Positions 1-9,350 of a stretch of DNA of 33,891 nucleotides are shown in pieces (position 1 is the first letter of the stretch; every line of letters begins with the position of its first letter). The position numbers and the translations under genes are program-made. The notes beneath the pieces are model-generated. The model was not told the DNA's origin. It made no database searches and was given only the letters and a program-made list of their open reading frames with translations. Source of the DNA: Planctomycetota bacterium (GTDB lineage: Bacteria > Planctomycetota > UBA11346); NCBI GenBank assembly GCA_947440715.1, contig CANETI010000001.1, forward strand, positions 1 to 33,891, given 5' to 3'.

Positions 1-365
1 ATCCCTTATGGAACGCCGCCCAGCGTGAATTAGTACAAACCGGTATGATGCACAATTACCTGCGCATGTTGTGGGGTAAAAAAATCATCGAATGGACGCG
101 TCACCCACGCGATGCATTTGCCATCATGACCGAATTGAACAATCGCTTTGCCCTTGATGGGCGCGATCCAAATTCATCCAGCGGCATCAGTTGGTGCTTT
201 GGCCGCTTTGATCGTCCATGGATGACCCGCCCGATATTTGGCACCATCCGTTACATGACCAGCGCCAGCACGATGAATAAAATTAAACTTAAAAATTATT
301 TACAACGCTATGGTGATAACGCAGCGAAAATGGGGGTTCAAGGCCAATTAGATTTCGCCCCATAA
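1..365 (+). CDS. phr: Deoxyribodipyrimidine (CPD) photolyase, class II, C-terminal fragment; 5' end lies outside the window
   Basis: Frame 3 is open from nt 3. The translation PLWNAAQRELVQTGMMHNYLRMLWGKKIIEW...SGISWCFGRFDRPW...IRYM matches the conserved FAD-binding C-terminus of class II photolyases. Stop TAA at 363-365. Confidence 0.85.
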   Translation, partial: PLWNAAQRELVQTGMMHNYLRMLWGKKIIEWTRHPRDAFAIMTELNNRFALDGRDPNSSSGISWCFGRFDRPWMTRPIFGTIRYMTSASTMNKIKLKNYLQRYGDNAAKMGVQGQLDFAP

Positions 366-418
366 GCCAAAAATAAAATAATGCTCCTCTTTCATCTGAC
401 ATGGCTCTACAAAGGCAA

Positions 419-519
419 TTCACAGGAGGCGCAGAGACGTGGAGTTCAGATGAGAAAATAAATTGATTTCTCTTCCTCTAACCTCCGCGTCTCTGCGCCT
501 CCTGTGAAGCAGTCTTTTT
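419..519. terminator. Long hairpin between convergent genes, probable bidirectional terminator
   Basis: Arms 419-444 (TTCACAGGAGGCGCAGAGACGTGGAG) and 483-508 (CTCCGCGTCTCTGCGCCTCCTGTGAA) are 25/26 complementary. An inner GAGAAA/TTTCTC pairing lies in the loop, and a T-run at 515-519 follows on the plus strand. It sits between the photolyase stop (365) and the kinase stop (531). Confidence 0.6.
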
Positions 520-530
520 AAAAGGCATAC

Positions 531-2930
531 TTACGGTTCAGTTTGACGACGAACGAGTGGACCAAGTTGTGGTGGAACTTTTGGGATAATAACCCCGGCT
601 TCGATGAGCGCGCGAGCCGCGAGATTCAACGGGTGGCCGCTGGTGCTGACTAAGTGATAGCGCAGGGTGGCGGCACAATCGCGTTGGTTGATGATGGCTT
701 GTGCTTGATCTAAGCGGCCTAGACGCGCTAGGCCGATAGCACAAAGGACCACTAGTTCCAAATGGTCGTGATTTTCAATGCGTCCAGCGCTGGCTTCACG
801 CAGTAATGATTCCCACTCTTGGTCGGCTAAGGCAACGTAGGCGAGAATAAGATGTGGCCATAAACTATCAGGCTCACTTCCTAGGGCGACTAAAGCGTGG
901 CGTTCGGCTAATCGCCATTCTCCACGTTGTAATGAACTGCGGCCGGCCATAATGCGTGGCCAAAATGCGGCGGAATCTTCATGCCACCGTTCCCATGCGG
1001 CGCGTATTAATCGGGGTTCTGGGCCATAGCCAGCTAACACTAAATCGGTCGTCGTTGCCGAGGTTAAAACCACACTGGCTGCCGGGCAGTGACAGAATAC
1101 TAAATCGTGTTCATAGGCAGTGACTTGCGCTAATACGTCACCCATCGCGCGCCACGCCACGGTGGGGCCTGCTTTGGCAATTAATTGTGGAATGGTATCA
1201 CGAAATGGTGAATGAATATTTTCAACTACGTAGGCATAATATAATTGCGTGAGCGTCGTGAGCACGTCTTCAGCCAAGCGATCATCACGTAATCGTTCAG
1301 CATAACTCAGCGGATTAATCGTGCCGGTACGGTCTAAGGGATAGCCGACTTGAGATAAGGTTTTAAGCAGGTCAGCAATTTCTGTTTGCCACGGACCTTG
1401 CACGCGGTATTGCCGCTGCATTTCGCGCAACAACATGCGATCGTGTTCTAATTGTTTTTGTGCACGAAAGGCATCTTCGACGGCGCTTAAACGTGTGCGA
1501 ACGTCAACCATTTCACGTAAATCTGGGTGTGAACGCAGTAGGTAATCAATTTGAGTACGCGCATGGTGCACGGCGTTTTCATTGGTGAGATCAAGGTCTG
1601 CGATTAAATCGTGAGCTTCGGTTAAGGCTTTTATGCGCTCATTTGCTCGTTGAACGGTGAGCAAACCAATGGTTAAACCGGCTGCCATGACGACGCCAAA
1701 ACTAGCGGCTAATAAACGAGGTGAACGGCGTATGCGTGCTAATGAATGAGCGATGACGCCGGCTTTTTCAGCTTGAGTAATACCAGCGCTTAACCACCGG
1801 CGTAATTCTTCTGCGACTGCACGACCATCGGCGTAGCGTTTTTGCGGATCACTTTGCAGGCAATGCAAGGCCACGGCTACTAGTCCACGTGGTAAGTTGC
1901 GATTTTGTAACGGTGTAACATCAATGGTATTCGCCGTTGCACCGTGAGAAAAAGAATGATCTGAAGCGGAGCGACTTGGTACCACGGCGCTCATGGGGGT
2001 GTTGGTCGAACGCGGACCATGGCCAGTCAGTAAAGCCATTAATAATCCACCCAAGGCGAAAACATCCATGCGCGGATCTGCAGGCGCACCGTGAAATTGT
2101 TCAGGTGCCATCCAACCAGGAGTTCCTAAACGATAAGTGCCAATGGTGGAATGTGAGTCCTGGTTAGCGGTACGCGGCAACAAACCGGTGGGATTAGTTG
2201 GTTGGGCTGCATTAGAGACCACTCCCGCCAAACCCCAATCAATCACGTACACCGCACCGAGCGATCCGACGATGACGTTGTCGGGTTTTAAATCGCGATG
2301 CACCACGCCACGACGGTGGGCATAAGCAATCGCTTCGGTGATGCGCAGCATGAGTTCGGCCAAACGCGCTAAATCTAAGGGTTGGGTGCGCGTGAGTTGA
2401 CGAGCAACCAAAGCAGTAAGCGAATCACCGTCGAGTCGTTTCATCACAAAGGCAGGTTCGCCTAAGGCCGCAACGCCAACATCATGGACAGGGACAATAC
2501 CCGGATGTTCGAGTTGCGCCGTAATTGCTGCTTCGCGCCGGAACGTGCGCAAGCGTGCGGCATAACTCGCTATCGTTTCATCAACGCGACGGGAACGACA
2601 ACGTTTTAATGCTACTTCACGGCCAAGAACCGTATCAAAAGCTGATTCCACGATACCCATACCGCCAGCGCCTAAACGGCGGTCGATGCGATAACGTTCT
2701 GGGCCTAAACCCTCAGGCGTGAAAGCGGAAGGGCTGGTGGCTTCTGCAATAATCGTTGCTGAGGATGATAAATAAGTGTCTTTATGTACTGCGACGAGTT
2801 CATCGGTGCCCAACAAGCGCGCTTGTTCTTCGGGTGATTGCGAGGTGATCCAGGCATCAACGGCTTCAAAGCGCGTCAATTCCAGACGGCCTTCACGATA
2901 GGCTTTAATATCATCGGGGGTTGGTGTCAT
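531..2930 (-). CDS. Membrane-anchored Ser/Thr protein kinase (Hanks type) with a large helical C-terminal extracytoplasmic domain
   Basis: 799-aa ORF with Gly-rich loop [13 protein letters not shown] lysine, catalytic loop [16 protein letters not shown] and GTPGWMAPE. One hydrophobic segment ([21 protein letters not shown]) is followed by about 370 aa of helical repeat-like sequence. The ATG overlaps the copA stop (ATGA at 2927-2930). Confidence 0.9.
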   Translation of the reverse strand: MTPTPDDIKAYREGRLELTRFEAVDAWITSQSPEEQARLLGTDELVAVHKDTYLSSSATIIAEATSPSAFTPEGLGPERYRIDRRLGAGGMGIVESAFDTVLGREVALKRCRSRRVDETIASYAARLRTFRREAAITAQLEHPGIVPVHDVGVAALGEPAFVMKRLDGDSLTALVARQLTRTQPLDLARLAELMLRITEAIAYAHRRGVVHRDLKPDNVIVGSLGAVYVIDWGLAGVVSNAAQPTNPTGLLPRTANQDSHSTIGTYRLGTPGWMAPEQFHGAPADPRMDVFALGGLLMALLTGHGPRSTNTPMSAVVPSRSASDHSFSHGATANTIDVTPLQNRNLPRGLVAVALHCLQSDPQKRYADGRAVAEELRRWLSAGITQAEKAGVIAHSLARIRRSPRLLAASFGVVMAAGLTIGLLTVQRANERIKALTEAHDLIADLDLTNENAVHHARTQIDYLLRSHPDLREMVDVRTRLSAVEDAFRAQKQLEHDRMLLREMQRQYRVQGPWQTEIADLLKTLSQVGYPLDRTGTINPLSYAERLRDDRLAEDVLTTLTQLYYAYVVENIHSPFRDTIPQLIAKAGPTVAWRAMGDVLAQVTAYEHDLVFCHCPAASVVLTSATTTDLVLAGYGPEPRLIRAAWERWHEDSAAFWPRIMAGRSSLQRGEWRLAERHALVALGSEPDSLWPHLILAYVALADQEWESLLREASAGRIENHDHLELVVLCAIGLARLGRLDQAQAIINQRDCAATLRYHLVSTSGHPLNLAARALIEAGVIIPKVPPQLGPLVRRQTEP

Positions 2931-5110
2931 CGGTGTCGGCCTAAGCGCAGACTATTGCCAACCACCGTCACCGATGAAGCGGCCATTGCCGCTGCCGCTA
3001 CCATTGGATCCAACAACATGCCCGTGAATGGGTACAGCACGCCAGCAGCGATGGGAATTGCCAACACATTATAAATAAAAGCTCCGGCCAAGTTTTGTTT
3101 GATGGTGCGCATGGTGGCGCGTGACAAATCCATCATAGCAACGACGCCATCGACCCGGCCAGAAAGCACCACCACATCACCGGCACCACAGGCGATGGCA
3201 TTTGCCGTATCCGTGGTGGCCATGGCCATGCCCACGTTGGCACAACTGAGTGCTGGAGCATCATTCATCCCATCACCCAGCATGACGACTTTTTGTCCCT
3301 GTTGCTGCCATTGTTTTATGTGTGTCAATTTATCAGCAGGTAATAATCCTGCTCGTACATCAGTAATTCCCAACGCCTCTGCCACGGCCCCAGCGGCGTT
3401 GGGTTGATCACCAGTCAGCAAGGCAATCGCGTATCCGCGTTGTCGTAGCGTAGCGAGCGCTTGTTTTGCTTCTGGTTTGATGGTGTCGCAGAGCGCCAAC
3501 ATGCCGACTAATGCTCCATCACAGGCGACAAAAACCCCCGTTGCTGCATCTAATACGATATTTAATAACGCTCCGTCGATTCCCTGTGCTCGCAGGTATC
3601 GAGCATTGCCCACGATAATGGCGTGTCCGGAAACCGTGCCGCGTACACCGTGCCCAGGCTCGACATGCAAATCATGAGCTGGTTCGAGTGATAATTGTTT
3701 GTCGGTGGCGGCGCGACGAATCGCAACGGCTAATGGATGTTCAGAACTGCTTTCGACGGCAGCGGCAAATCGTAGGACATCGTTTTCGCTGAAATCACCC
3801 TCACATAAAATGCGGTCAACCTGTGGGCGACCACTGGTGAGCGTGCCAGTTTTATCACAGGCGATAAGCGTGGCTTGAGCTGCATGTTCTAACGCCGCGC
3901 CATTACGAATGAGTAAACCGAGCTGAGCAGCGCGTCCCACCGCAACCATAATGGCCGTGGGCGTGGCGAGTCCAAGTGCACAAGGACAGGCAATTACTAG
4001 TACGGTGGCACTAGCGAGTACCGCGTGTGCCATCAATTCCGGTGCGATTAACCACCACACGGTAAACGTGCTTAGCGCAATACCTAAGACGATGGGTACA
4101 AATACGGCACTGATGCGATCCGCTAAATGAGCAATCGGTGGTTTTGCACCTTGGGCCGTTCGCACTTGTTCAATTAATTGTGCAAGAACGCTATCCGCTC
4201 CGACACGAATGGTACGCATCACCACCATTCCATCGGTAAACACCGTGCCTCCGATGAGGTTATCGCCCACGCCTTTCGCTACGGGCAGCGCTTCACCAGT
4301 CAGCATCGCTTCATCGACCTGTGCGCTGCCGGAAATAATTTTCCCATCGACCGGCACCGTTTCACCAGTGCGCACCCGCACGAGATTATCGACGCGTAAT
4401 TCCCCAACGAGAACCGGCGTTTCGTGGTCGCCGTCCATGCGTGTAGCGGTCGGTGGTCTGCGATTCACTAAGGCGGTAATGGCCGCCGCCGTATTGCCAC
4501 GAGCGCGCGCTTCCAACCAACGTCCGATTAATACCAACGTAATAATAACCGCCGCACTTTCAAAATAGATTGGCAGTGGGCCAGGCCACCAGTGGGGGGC
4601 TAATACTGCAGACAGACTCAAGATATAAGCCGCACTCACGCCGAGGGTGATGAGCGAGTCCATGCCTAATTGCCCGTGTCGTAATCCTTTAATGGCCGTC
4701 GTAATAATACCACGACCGGGACCGATAATAACCAAGGTGGTTAAAACACCTTGAATCCACCAACTAAGTGCGTGGTGCCAATGAGCCATGCCTAATACCA
4801 TAACGGGCAAGGTTAAGGTTATGGCGAGCAGCGATTGTTTTTTCTCGGGAATAATTCTTGGGCGATGATCAGGCACCTGACCCTCATCGGCTTCTTCCGG
4901 GACAAACCCGCCATCGTGTAACCGCGTTTTAATCGACGCGAGATTTGCCAGTGCTGGATCAAAGGTGATGTCGGCTGTTTTGGTTGCTAAATTAACGTTT
5001 GCCGCAGTGACACCAGTGGCAGTAGTTAATAATTGTTCAGCACGAGTCACGCATGACGCGCAATGCAGGCCTTCGACCAAGGTTAGGCGTACGTTTGCGA
5101 GCTCCGTCAT
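2927..5110 (-). CDS. copA: Copper-translocating P1B-type ATPase
   Basis: 727 aa with an N-terminal HMA domain carrying a CASC motif, the transmembrane CPC motif ([11 protein letters not shown]), the DKTGTLT phosphorylation site and the GDGMNDAP hinge. Confidence 0.95.
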   Translation of the reverse strand: MTELANVRLTLVEGLHCASCVTRAEQLLTTATGVTAANVNLATKTADITFDPALANLASIKTRLHDGGFVPEEADEGQVPDHRPRIIPEKKQSLLAITLTLPVMVLGMAHWHHALSWWIQGVLTTLVIIGPGRGIITTAIKGLRHGQLGMDSLITLGVSAAYILSLSAVLAPHWWPGPLPIYFESAAVIITLVLIGRWLEARARGNTAAAITALVNRRPPTATRMDGDHETPVLVGELRVDNLVRVRTGETVPVDGKIISGSAQVDEAMLTGEALPVAKGVGDNLIGGTVFTDGMVVMRTIRVGADSVLAQLIEQVRTAQGAKPPIAHLADRISAVFVPIVLGIALSTFTVWWLIAPELMAHAVLASATVLVIACPCALGLATPTAIMVAVGRAAQLGLLIRNGAALEHAAQATLIACDKTGTLTSGRPQVDRILCEGDFSENDVLRFAAAVESSSEHPLAVAIRRAATDKQLSLEPAHDLHVEPGHGVRGTVSGHAIIVGNARYLRAQGIDGALLNIVLDAATGVFVACDGALVGMLALCDTIKPEAKQALATLRQRGYAIALLTGDQPNAAGAVAEALGITDVRAGLLPADKLTHIKQWQQQGQKVVMLGDGMNDAPALSCANVGMAMATTDTANAIACGAGDVVVLSGRVDGVVAMMDLSRATMRTIKQNLAGAFIYNVLAIPIAAGVLYPFTGMLLDPMVAAAAMAASSVTVVGNSLRLGRHR

Positions 5111-5113
5111 AAA

Positions 5114-5335
5114 TTATGCTTGAGCGGTCTCTGGGCCTCGACGAAAACCCGCTTTGGTTAAGGCCGCATCAAGCGCATGGGGTTGCAGTTGTTCGTTCGC
5201 GGTAATTAGCGCGTGGTGTTCCGCTAAATTGACTTCGACCCGCAGTACCCCAGGAACCTTTTGTAACGCCGAAGTGACCGCCGCTGCACAACCACCACAC
5301 GTCATGCCGTCGATCGGAAGTGAGAAAGTACGCAT
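5114..5335 (-). CDS. copZ: Copper chaperone, HMA domain
   Basis: 73 aa with GMTCGGCAAAV (MxCxxC) and a ferredoxin-like HMA length. Its stop lies 3 nt before the copA ATG. Confidence 0.9.
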   Translation of the reverse strand: MRTFSLPIDGMTCGGCAAAVTSALQKVPGVLRVEVNLAEHHALITANEQLQPHALDAALTKAGFRRGPETAQA

Positions 5336-5377
5336 GGCCGTAACGCTAAGCGTTGAAAACCATTATGCGAGACGGAT

Positions 5378-5447
5378 GTGAATGCCGGAGGACAGACGGA
5401 GAAGGAAGGCATTCACAGAAAACATTCGCCAGAAATGGCATTCACAG
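5378..5447. promoter_or_regulatory. Repeat-dense region upstream of copZ: three copies of GGCATTCAC (one inverted), candidate operator
   Basis: GTGAATGCC at 5378-5386 is the reverse complement of GGCATTCAC(AG) at 5408-5418 and 5437-5447. The region lies 43-112 nt upstream of the copZ ATG on the promoter side. Confidence 0.35.
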
Positions 5448-5520
5448 GAGGCGCGGTAACCCGTTCGGGTCACTTAGCCGCGAAGATCGGAGGAGGACAG
5501 CCGATGAAGTGTGGAAATTC

Positions 5521-5928
5521 CTATTGGCGACTTTTCAGCAAGGCGTGCAATTTATGATTCGCGTCGTCTAAAGCGTCGTAGATGTGGTGGGCTAGTTTAT
5601 GAATTTTGGTCTGCGCTTGCGCTGAAACATTAACATGAACCCAAGCGTGGAATTGGCGCAGATTGGCAATTGTGTAGGCGCAGTATTCTTTGGTATCGAT
5701 ATCGTTGAACAGTTTGGATATGCCATCGGTTTCAATGACGATGCTTTTTCTTTTGCTGCCCGCGATTTGGTTGATGGTTACCACTAAAGCACCACAGCTA
5801 ACGGCGTACAATGACATGACGATGCGGTGAATAGCTAGGCGTTCAGCCGCATCGGCATGCGCGAGGCATTTGGTCGTCAATGATTTCAGTTCATCACATT
5901 GGTTCAATAATTCTTGCGACACCTGCAT
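5521..5928 (-). CDS. Hypothetical protein, predicted all-helical with a His-rich C-terminal part
   Basis: 135-aa ORF, 24 nt downstream of the sulfatase stop on the same strand. No family was recognised by eye. The composition looks coding, but no strong SD was seen. Confidence 0.5.
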   Translation of the reverse strand: MQVSQELLNQCDELKSLTTKCLAHADAAERLAIHRIVMSLYAVSCGALVVTINQIAGSKRKSIVIETDGISKLFNDIDTKEYCAYTIANLRQFHAWVHVNVSAQAQTKIHKLAHHIYDALDDANHKLHALLKSRQ

Positions 5929-5952
5929 GATGAACCAATACTCCGGCGTTGA

Positions 5953-7347
5953 TCATTTGCCAGTTTCCGCGGCCAAGAGCTTTTTCAAGTCCGCTAGGGT
6001 TGCGGCTTGTGCTGGGTCTTTTGCCAGGTTGTTCAATTCGCCTGGGTCAGCGTCATGGTCGTATAATTCGACGCCCTCTTTCCCATCAGACCATTCCGTA
6101 TAACGCCAACGTTCGGTGCGGATTGAGCGCCCTTGCCGAACCATGCTAAATGCCGCAACACGGACCTTGGCATTCGCATCAACTAATTGCGGACGCAAAC
6201 TGACGCCAGATAAATAATCGGGTTTTTTAATGCCGCAGATATCAGCGAGAGTGGGAAATAAATCGATTAATTCAGCGGGGCTGGTGCTGGTTTTTCCCTG
6301 CTGAACTCCAGGTCCGGCGATAATCATCGGCACTTGTGATTGGCGATCAAAAATACTTTGTTTCTGCCATAGACCGTGTTCGCCCAACGAATAGCCATGA
6401 TCTGAGGTGAAAATAACGATGGTGTTGTCACGTAACCCTTCGGCATCGAGTGCGGCTAATACTTTGGCAACTTGCGCGTCCATGTGGCTGGTAGAAGCGC
6501 GATAGGCTTGAATACATTCGCGCCGCATATCGTCCGTCATTTTATCTTGTTCTTTTTTGTGACTGGCGAGTGCTGCTTTAGGAATACCAGGGGGATTTTG
6601 TTCGGGGTTATTAATTCCGGACAATTTTATTTCATTACGTGGATATTTTTCAAACCACGATTTTGGTGCAACGTAGGGAGTGTGCGGGCGATAAAAACCC
6701 ACCGCCAGGAAAAACGGATTACCCTTTAATTTTTTGAGTTCGCTGACGGCGGCATCAGCAGCGATACCATCGGTATATTGAGCATCTTCGCCTTCGTCGG
6801 CTAACCAACTGAGCGTGCCGCCAAACTGTCCAGGGGTGAGGGTGATAATTTTGTCTTCGACGTCTTTATCGCGACCGCGTGGGTTGATAACGTAATCCCA
6901 TGATGGTTTGTCATCTAGGCCGTCAGTGCCAATTTCTTTTGGCACGCCGTAGTGATATAATTTTCCAATGCGTACCGCTTTGTAACCCGCTTTGCGAAAG
7001 GCTTCCGGCATGGTTACTAAATTGGGAACTAATTCGCGCACGACTTTGGCATTATCAAATACTTTGGTGCGATCTGGCCGCAGCCCGGTCATAAACGATG
7101 AACGGCTCGGATTACACAGTGGATACTGGCAATAGGCATGACTGAAGCGCACGCCGCGCGCTGCTAAACTGTCTATTCCCGGCGTGTGCATGAATGATTT
7201 TCCATAACAGCCGAGGTCAGTATTCAAATCGTCCGAGACGATCAGTAAGACATTTGGCCGATCCGCCGCAGGCACTACGACGGCGAGCAACATTAACAAA
7301 GCCAGGCGTAAGTTACGGAGCGTGAGTTTGATTGAGATGGTGTGCAT
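5953..7347 (-). CDS. Secreted formylglycine-dependent sulfatase (iduronate-2-sulfatase-like family)
   Basis: 464 aa with an N-terminal signal peptide, SDDLN metal site, formylglycine motif CNPSRSSFMTG (C-x-P-x-R) and TSDHGYSLGEHG. Confidence 0.9.
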   Translation of the reverse strand: MHTISIKLTLRNLRLALLMLLAVVVPAADRPNVLLIVSDDLNTDLGCYGKSFMHTPGIDSLAARGVRFSHAYCQYPLCNPSRSSFMTGLRPDRTKVFDNAKVVRELVPNLVTMPEAFRKAGYKAVRIGKLYHYGVPKEIGTDGLDDKPSWDYVINPRGRDKDVEDKIITLTPGQFGGTLSWLADEGEDAQYTDGIAADAAVSELKKLKGNPFFLAVGFYRPHTPYVAPKSWFEKYPRNEIKLSGINNPEQNPPGIPKAALASHKKEQDKMTDDMRRECIQAYRASTSHMDAQVAKVLAALDAEGLRDNTIVIFTSDHGYSLGEHGLWQKQSIFDRQSQVPMIIAGPGVQQGKTSTSPAELIDLFPTLADICGIKKPDYLSGVSLRPQLVDANAKVRVAAFSMVRQGRSIRTERWRYTEWSDGKEGVELYDHDADPGELNNLAKDPAQAATLADLKKLLAAETGK

Positions 7348-7455
7348 ATTAAAAGCCTACTGCCATTAGTTACAAACGCTGCTGTAGAGCTTTCCGGCAT
7401 CAGTGCACTGTAAGTTGCAGTGGTGAAACAATGTTATTGGGCGGATGCGTGCTAT

Positions 7456-8469
7456 TTATCCCAAGCGCTTGAATTGATCGGCCAAGCGTTGCGCATAAGC
7501 CACATTCGCGTCGCGGGTACGCCCAGCATTATGTGGCGTATGGATGACATTCGAACGGCCAAGTAATGGGTCTTTAAGCGGCAGCGGTTCTAAATCAAAA
7601 ACATCAGCCGCGAGGCTTAATTCATCGGCTAAAACGCGACGACGAATGGCTTTCATATCGCAGACATTTGCACGCGTAACCAAGACGATTAAACAACCGC
7701 GCGGTAAGGCGTCGATCAATTTCGCGGTAATTAAGCCTTCGGTTTCTGCCGTTAGCGGAACGATCGGAGCAAAAATTTCGGCATCGCTCATTAAATATTC
7801 GAGCTTAAATACCTGTCGCGCGCCAGTGCGGTGAAAACACGGTTCGCTAGCGTAGGGATCCCACGCGGCGATATCAGCACCAATCGCGTGCGCAAACGCG
7901 GCATAGCGACTAGCAACATTGCCAGCGCCAACGATACGCAGGCGCTTACCTGCTAATGTCCCGTTAACGAAACGCGCATCATCACCATATTGATAACCGC
8001 GTTGTCCAGGGCGACCGACGCCGTCGGTGGGCGCATAATTCCAAGGTGATAAATCGCTCAAAATAGTGTGATGATTTTGCGGAATGCGTCTAAGTCCACA
8101 CAGCGTGAGTCCCAGTGCATATTCAGCGACGGATTGTCCCCAATATCCTTCGTTGGTGTGCGCATGTACTTGAACGCCACGTTCGGCAAAAGCCTTGCCG
8201 ATATCATGAGGTCCATGTCCTTCATAGACGGCGATCTCTTGCAGCGCGGTGAGCGTTTTGACGCAGGCCGGAGTGGTTGGTGTACCAAGAGCAATTAATC
8301 GCGTGATCGTTCCGGCATCAGTTACGCACGCGCTCAGCGGACGATTATCGCCAGGGAGGGTGCGAATAAATTCAACCGAACCCTGAGCTTGCCAGAGGGA
8401 AAATAAAACATCTGCCACCCACGGCCACGATGCTTCGAACGACGGATGCACGATAATGACGCTGCGCAT
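7456..8469 (-). CDS. D-isomer-specific 2-hydroxyacid dehydrogenase family protein (NAD-binding)
   Basis: 337 aa with Rossmann motif RIVGAGNVASRY and the C-terminal catalytic region VIHTPHNAGRT. This is a family-level call only; the substrate is unknown. Confidence 0.8.
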   Translation of the reverse strand: MRSVIIVHPSFEASWPWVADVLFSLWQAQGSVEFIRTLPGDNRPLSACVTDAGTITRLIALGTPTTPACVKTLTALQEIAVYEGHGPHDIGKAFAERGVQVHAHTNEGYWGQSVAEYALGLTLCGLRRIPQNHHTILSDLSPWNYAPTDGVGRPGQRGYQYGDDARFVNGTLAGKRLRIVGAGNVASRYAAFAHAIGADIAAWDPYASEPCFHRTGARQVFKLEYLMSDAEIFAPIVPLTAETEGLITAKLIDALPRGCLIVLVTRANVCDMKAIRRRVLADELSLAADVFDLEPLPLKDPLLGRSNVIHTPHNAGRTRDANVAYAQRLADQFKRLG

Positions 8470-8523
8470 GTCGTTGAATGGTGCCGTATTTTTAACCGCT
8501 TGCCAGCCTGGAGCAGGAAACGC

Positions 8524-9303
8524 TCAAACGAGCAGTTTACCGCGTAATTTCCGCAATGCTGCCGATGGATCAGCGGCTGTCATGAGTGCTTCGCCGACGA
8601 GAACGGCGTCAACGCCAGCTTTTTCCAGCGCCAGACAATCATCACGCGTGTGGATGCCGCTTTCGCTAACGATGACCCGTTTGCCATTTATCAGTGCCGG
8701 TAGCAACGAAAAGGTAGCGTCGAGGCTGACGGAAAAATCATTTAAATTTCGATTATTGACACCGATTAAATCAGCGTCCATTTTCAATGCGAGCACCGCT
8801 TCATCCGCATTATGCACTTCGACTAAGACGTCTAAGCCGATCTCTTTTGCAAAGCCATGTAAGTCACGCATCTGTCCGTATTCCAGACAAGCGACAATCA
8901 ACAACACCGCATCGGCCCCGGCCAAACGTGCTTCGGCAATTTGCCGTTCATCAATAATAAAATCTTTACGAATCGTGGGCAGCGTAACGGCCTCGTGCAC
9001 GCGCTTAAGATGATCTAAATGACCAAAGAAAAAGCGTTCGTCCGTTAGCACCGAACAACAATGAGCGCCACCTAACAAATATTGATAAGCGATCACCACC
9101 GGATCGTAGTTCTGGACGAAAACACCTTTCGATGGACTACCCTTTTTGCATTCAGCAATAACGTGAATGGTGTCATTCGCTGGCCGTTTCAAAGCCGAAC
9201 GAAATCCCCGACAGGCAGGCAAATCACGTAGCACTCCGCGATCCACCGGAGGTAATGGCGGTAGTTCGGTGCGTTTATGCGCGATTATTTTATCCAGAAT
9301 CAT
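8524..9303 (-). CDS. trpC: Indole-3-glycerol phosphate synthase
   Basis: 259 aa with IAECKKGSPSKG, SVLTDERFFFG, IRKDFIIDERQI and GVNNRNL motifs of the IGPS TIM barrel. Confidence 0.95.
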   Translation of the reverse strand: MILDKIIAHKRTELPPLPPVDRGVLRDLPACRGFRSALKRPANDTIHVIAECKKGSPSKGVFVQNYDPVVIAYQYLLGGAHCCSVLTDERFFFGHLDHLKRVHEAVTLPTIRKDFIIDERQIAEARLAGADAVLLIVACLEYGQMRDLHGFAKEIGLDVLVEVHNADEAVLALKMDADLIGVNNRNLNDFSVSLDATFSLLPALINGKRVIVSESGIHTRDDCLALEKAGVDAVLVGEALMTAADPSAALRKLRGKLLV

Positions 9304-9350
9304 GCGCGGTATGTTGAAAACGGCAGCACGTCGTCAACCTGGGATGTAAG

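Noticed and set aside
5504-5557. 17-codon plus-strand sORF (MKCGNSYWRLFSKACNL) with a perfect AGGAGG 7 nt upstream
   Set aside because: An AGGAGG followed by an ATG at SD distance is expected about once or twice by chance in 68 kb of two-strand sequence. The sORF overlaps the 3' end of the 135-aa gene on the other strand. There is no supporting conservation evidence. It is only worth a look if ribosome profiling data exist.
8456-9013. Long antisense ORFs: 8456-9013 (+), 14414-14854 (+), 15960-16472 (+), 17108-17605 (+), 20387-20977 (+), 31587-32126 (-), 24631-24903 (-) and similar
   Set aside because: All lie opposite confidently identified genes (trpC, gspD/GspM-like, GspL-like, gspK, gspF, purE, rpsU). 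They have low-complexity Ala/Arg/Ser/Pro-rich translations typical of the antisense frame of coding DNA, and none shows a recognisable motif.
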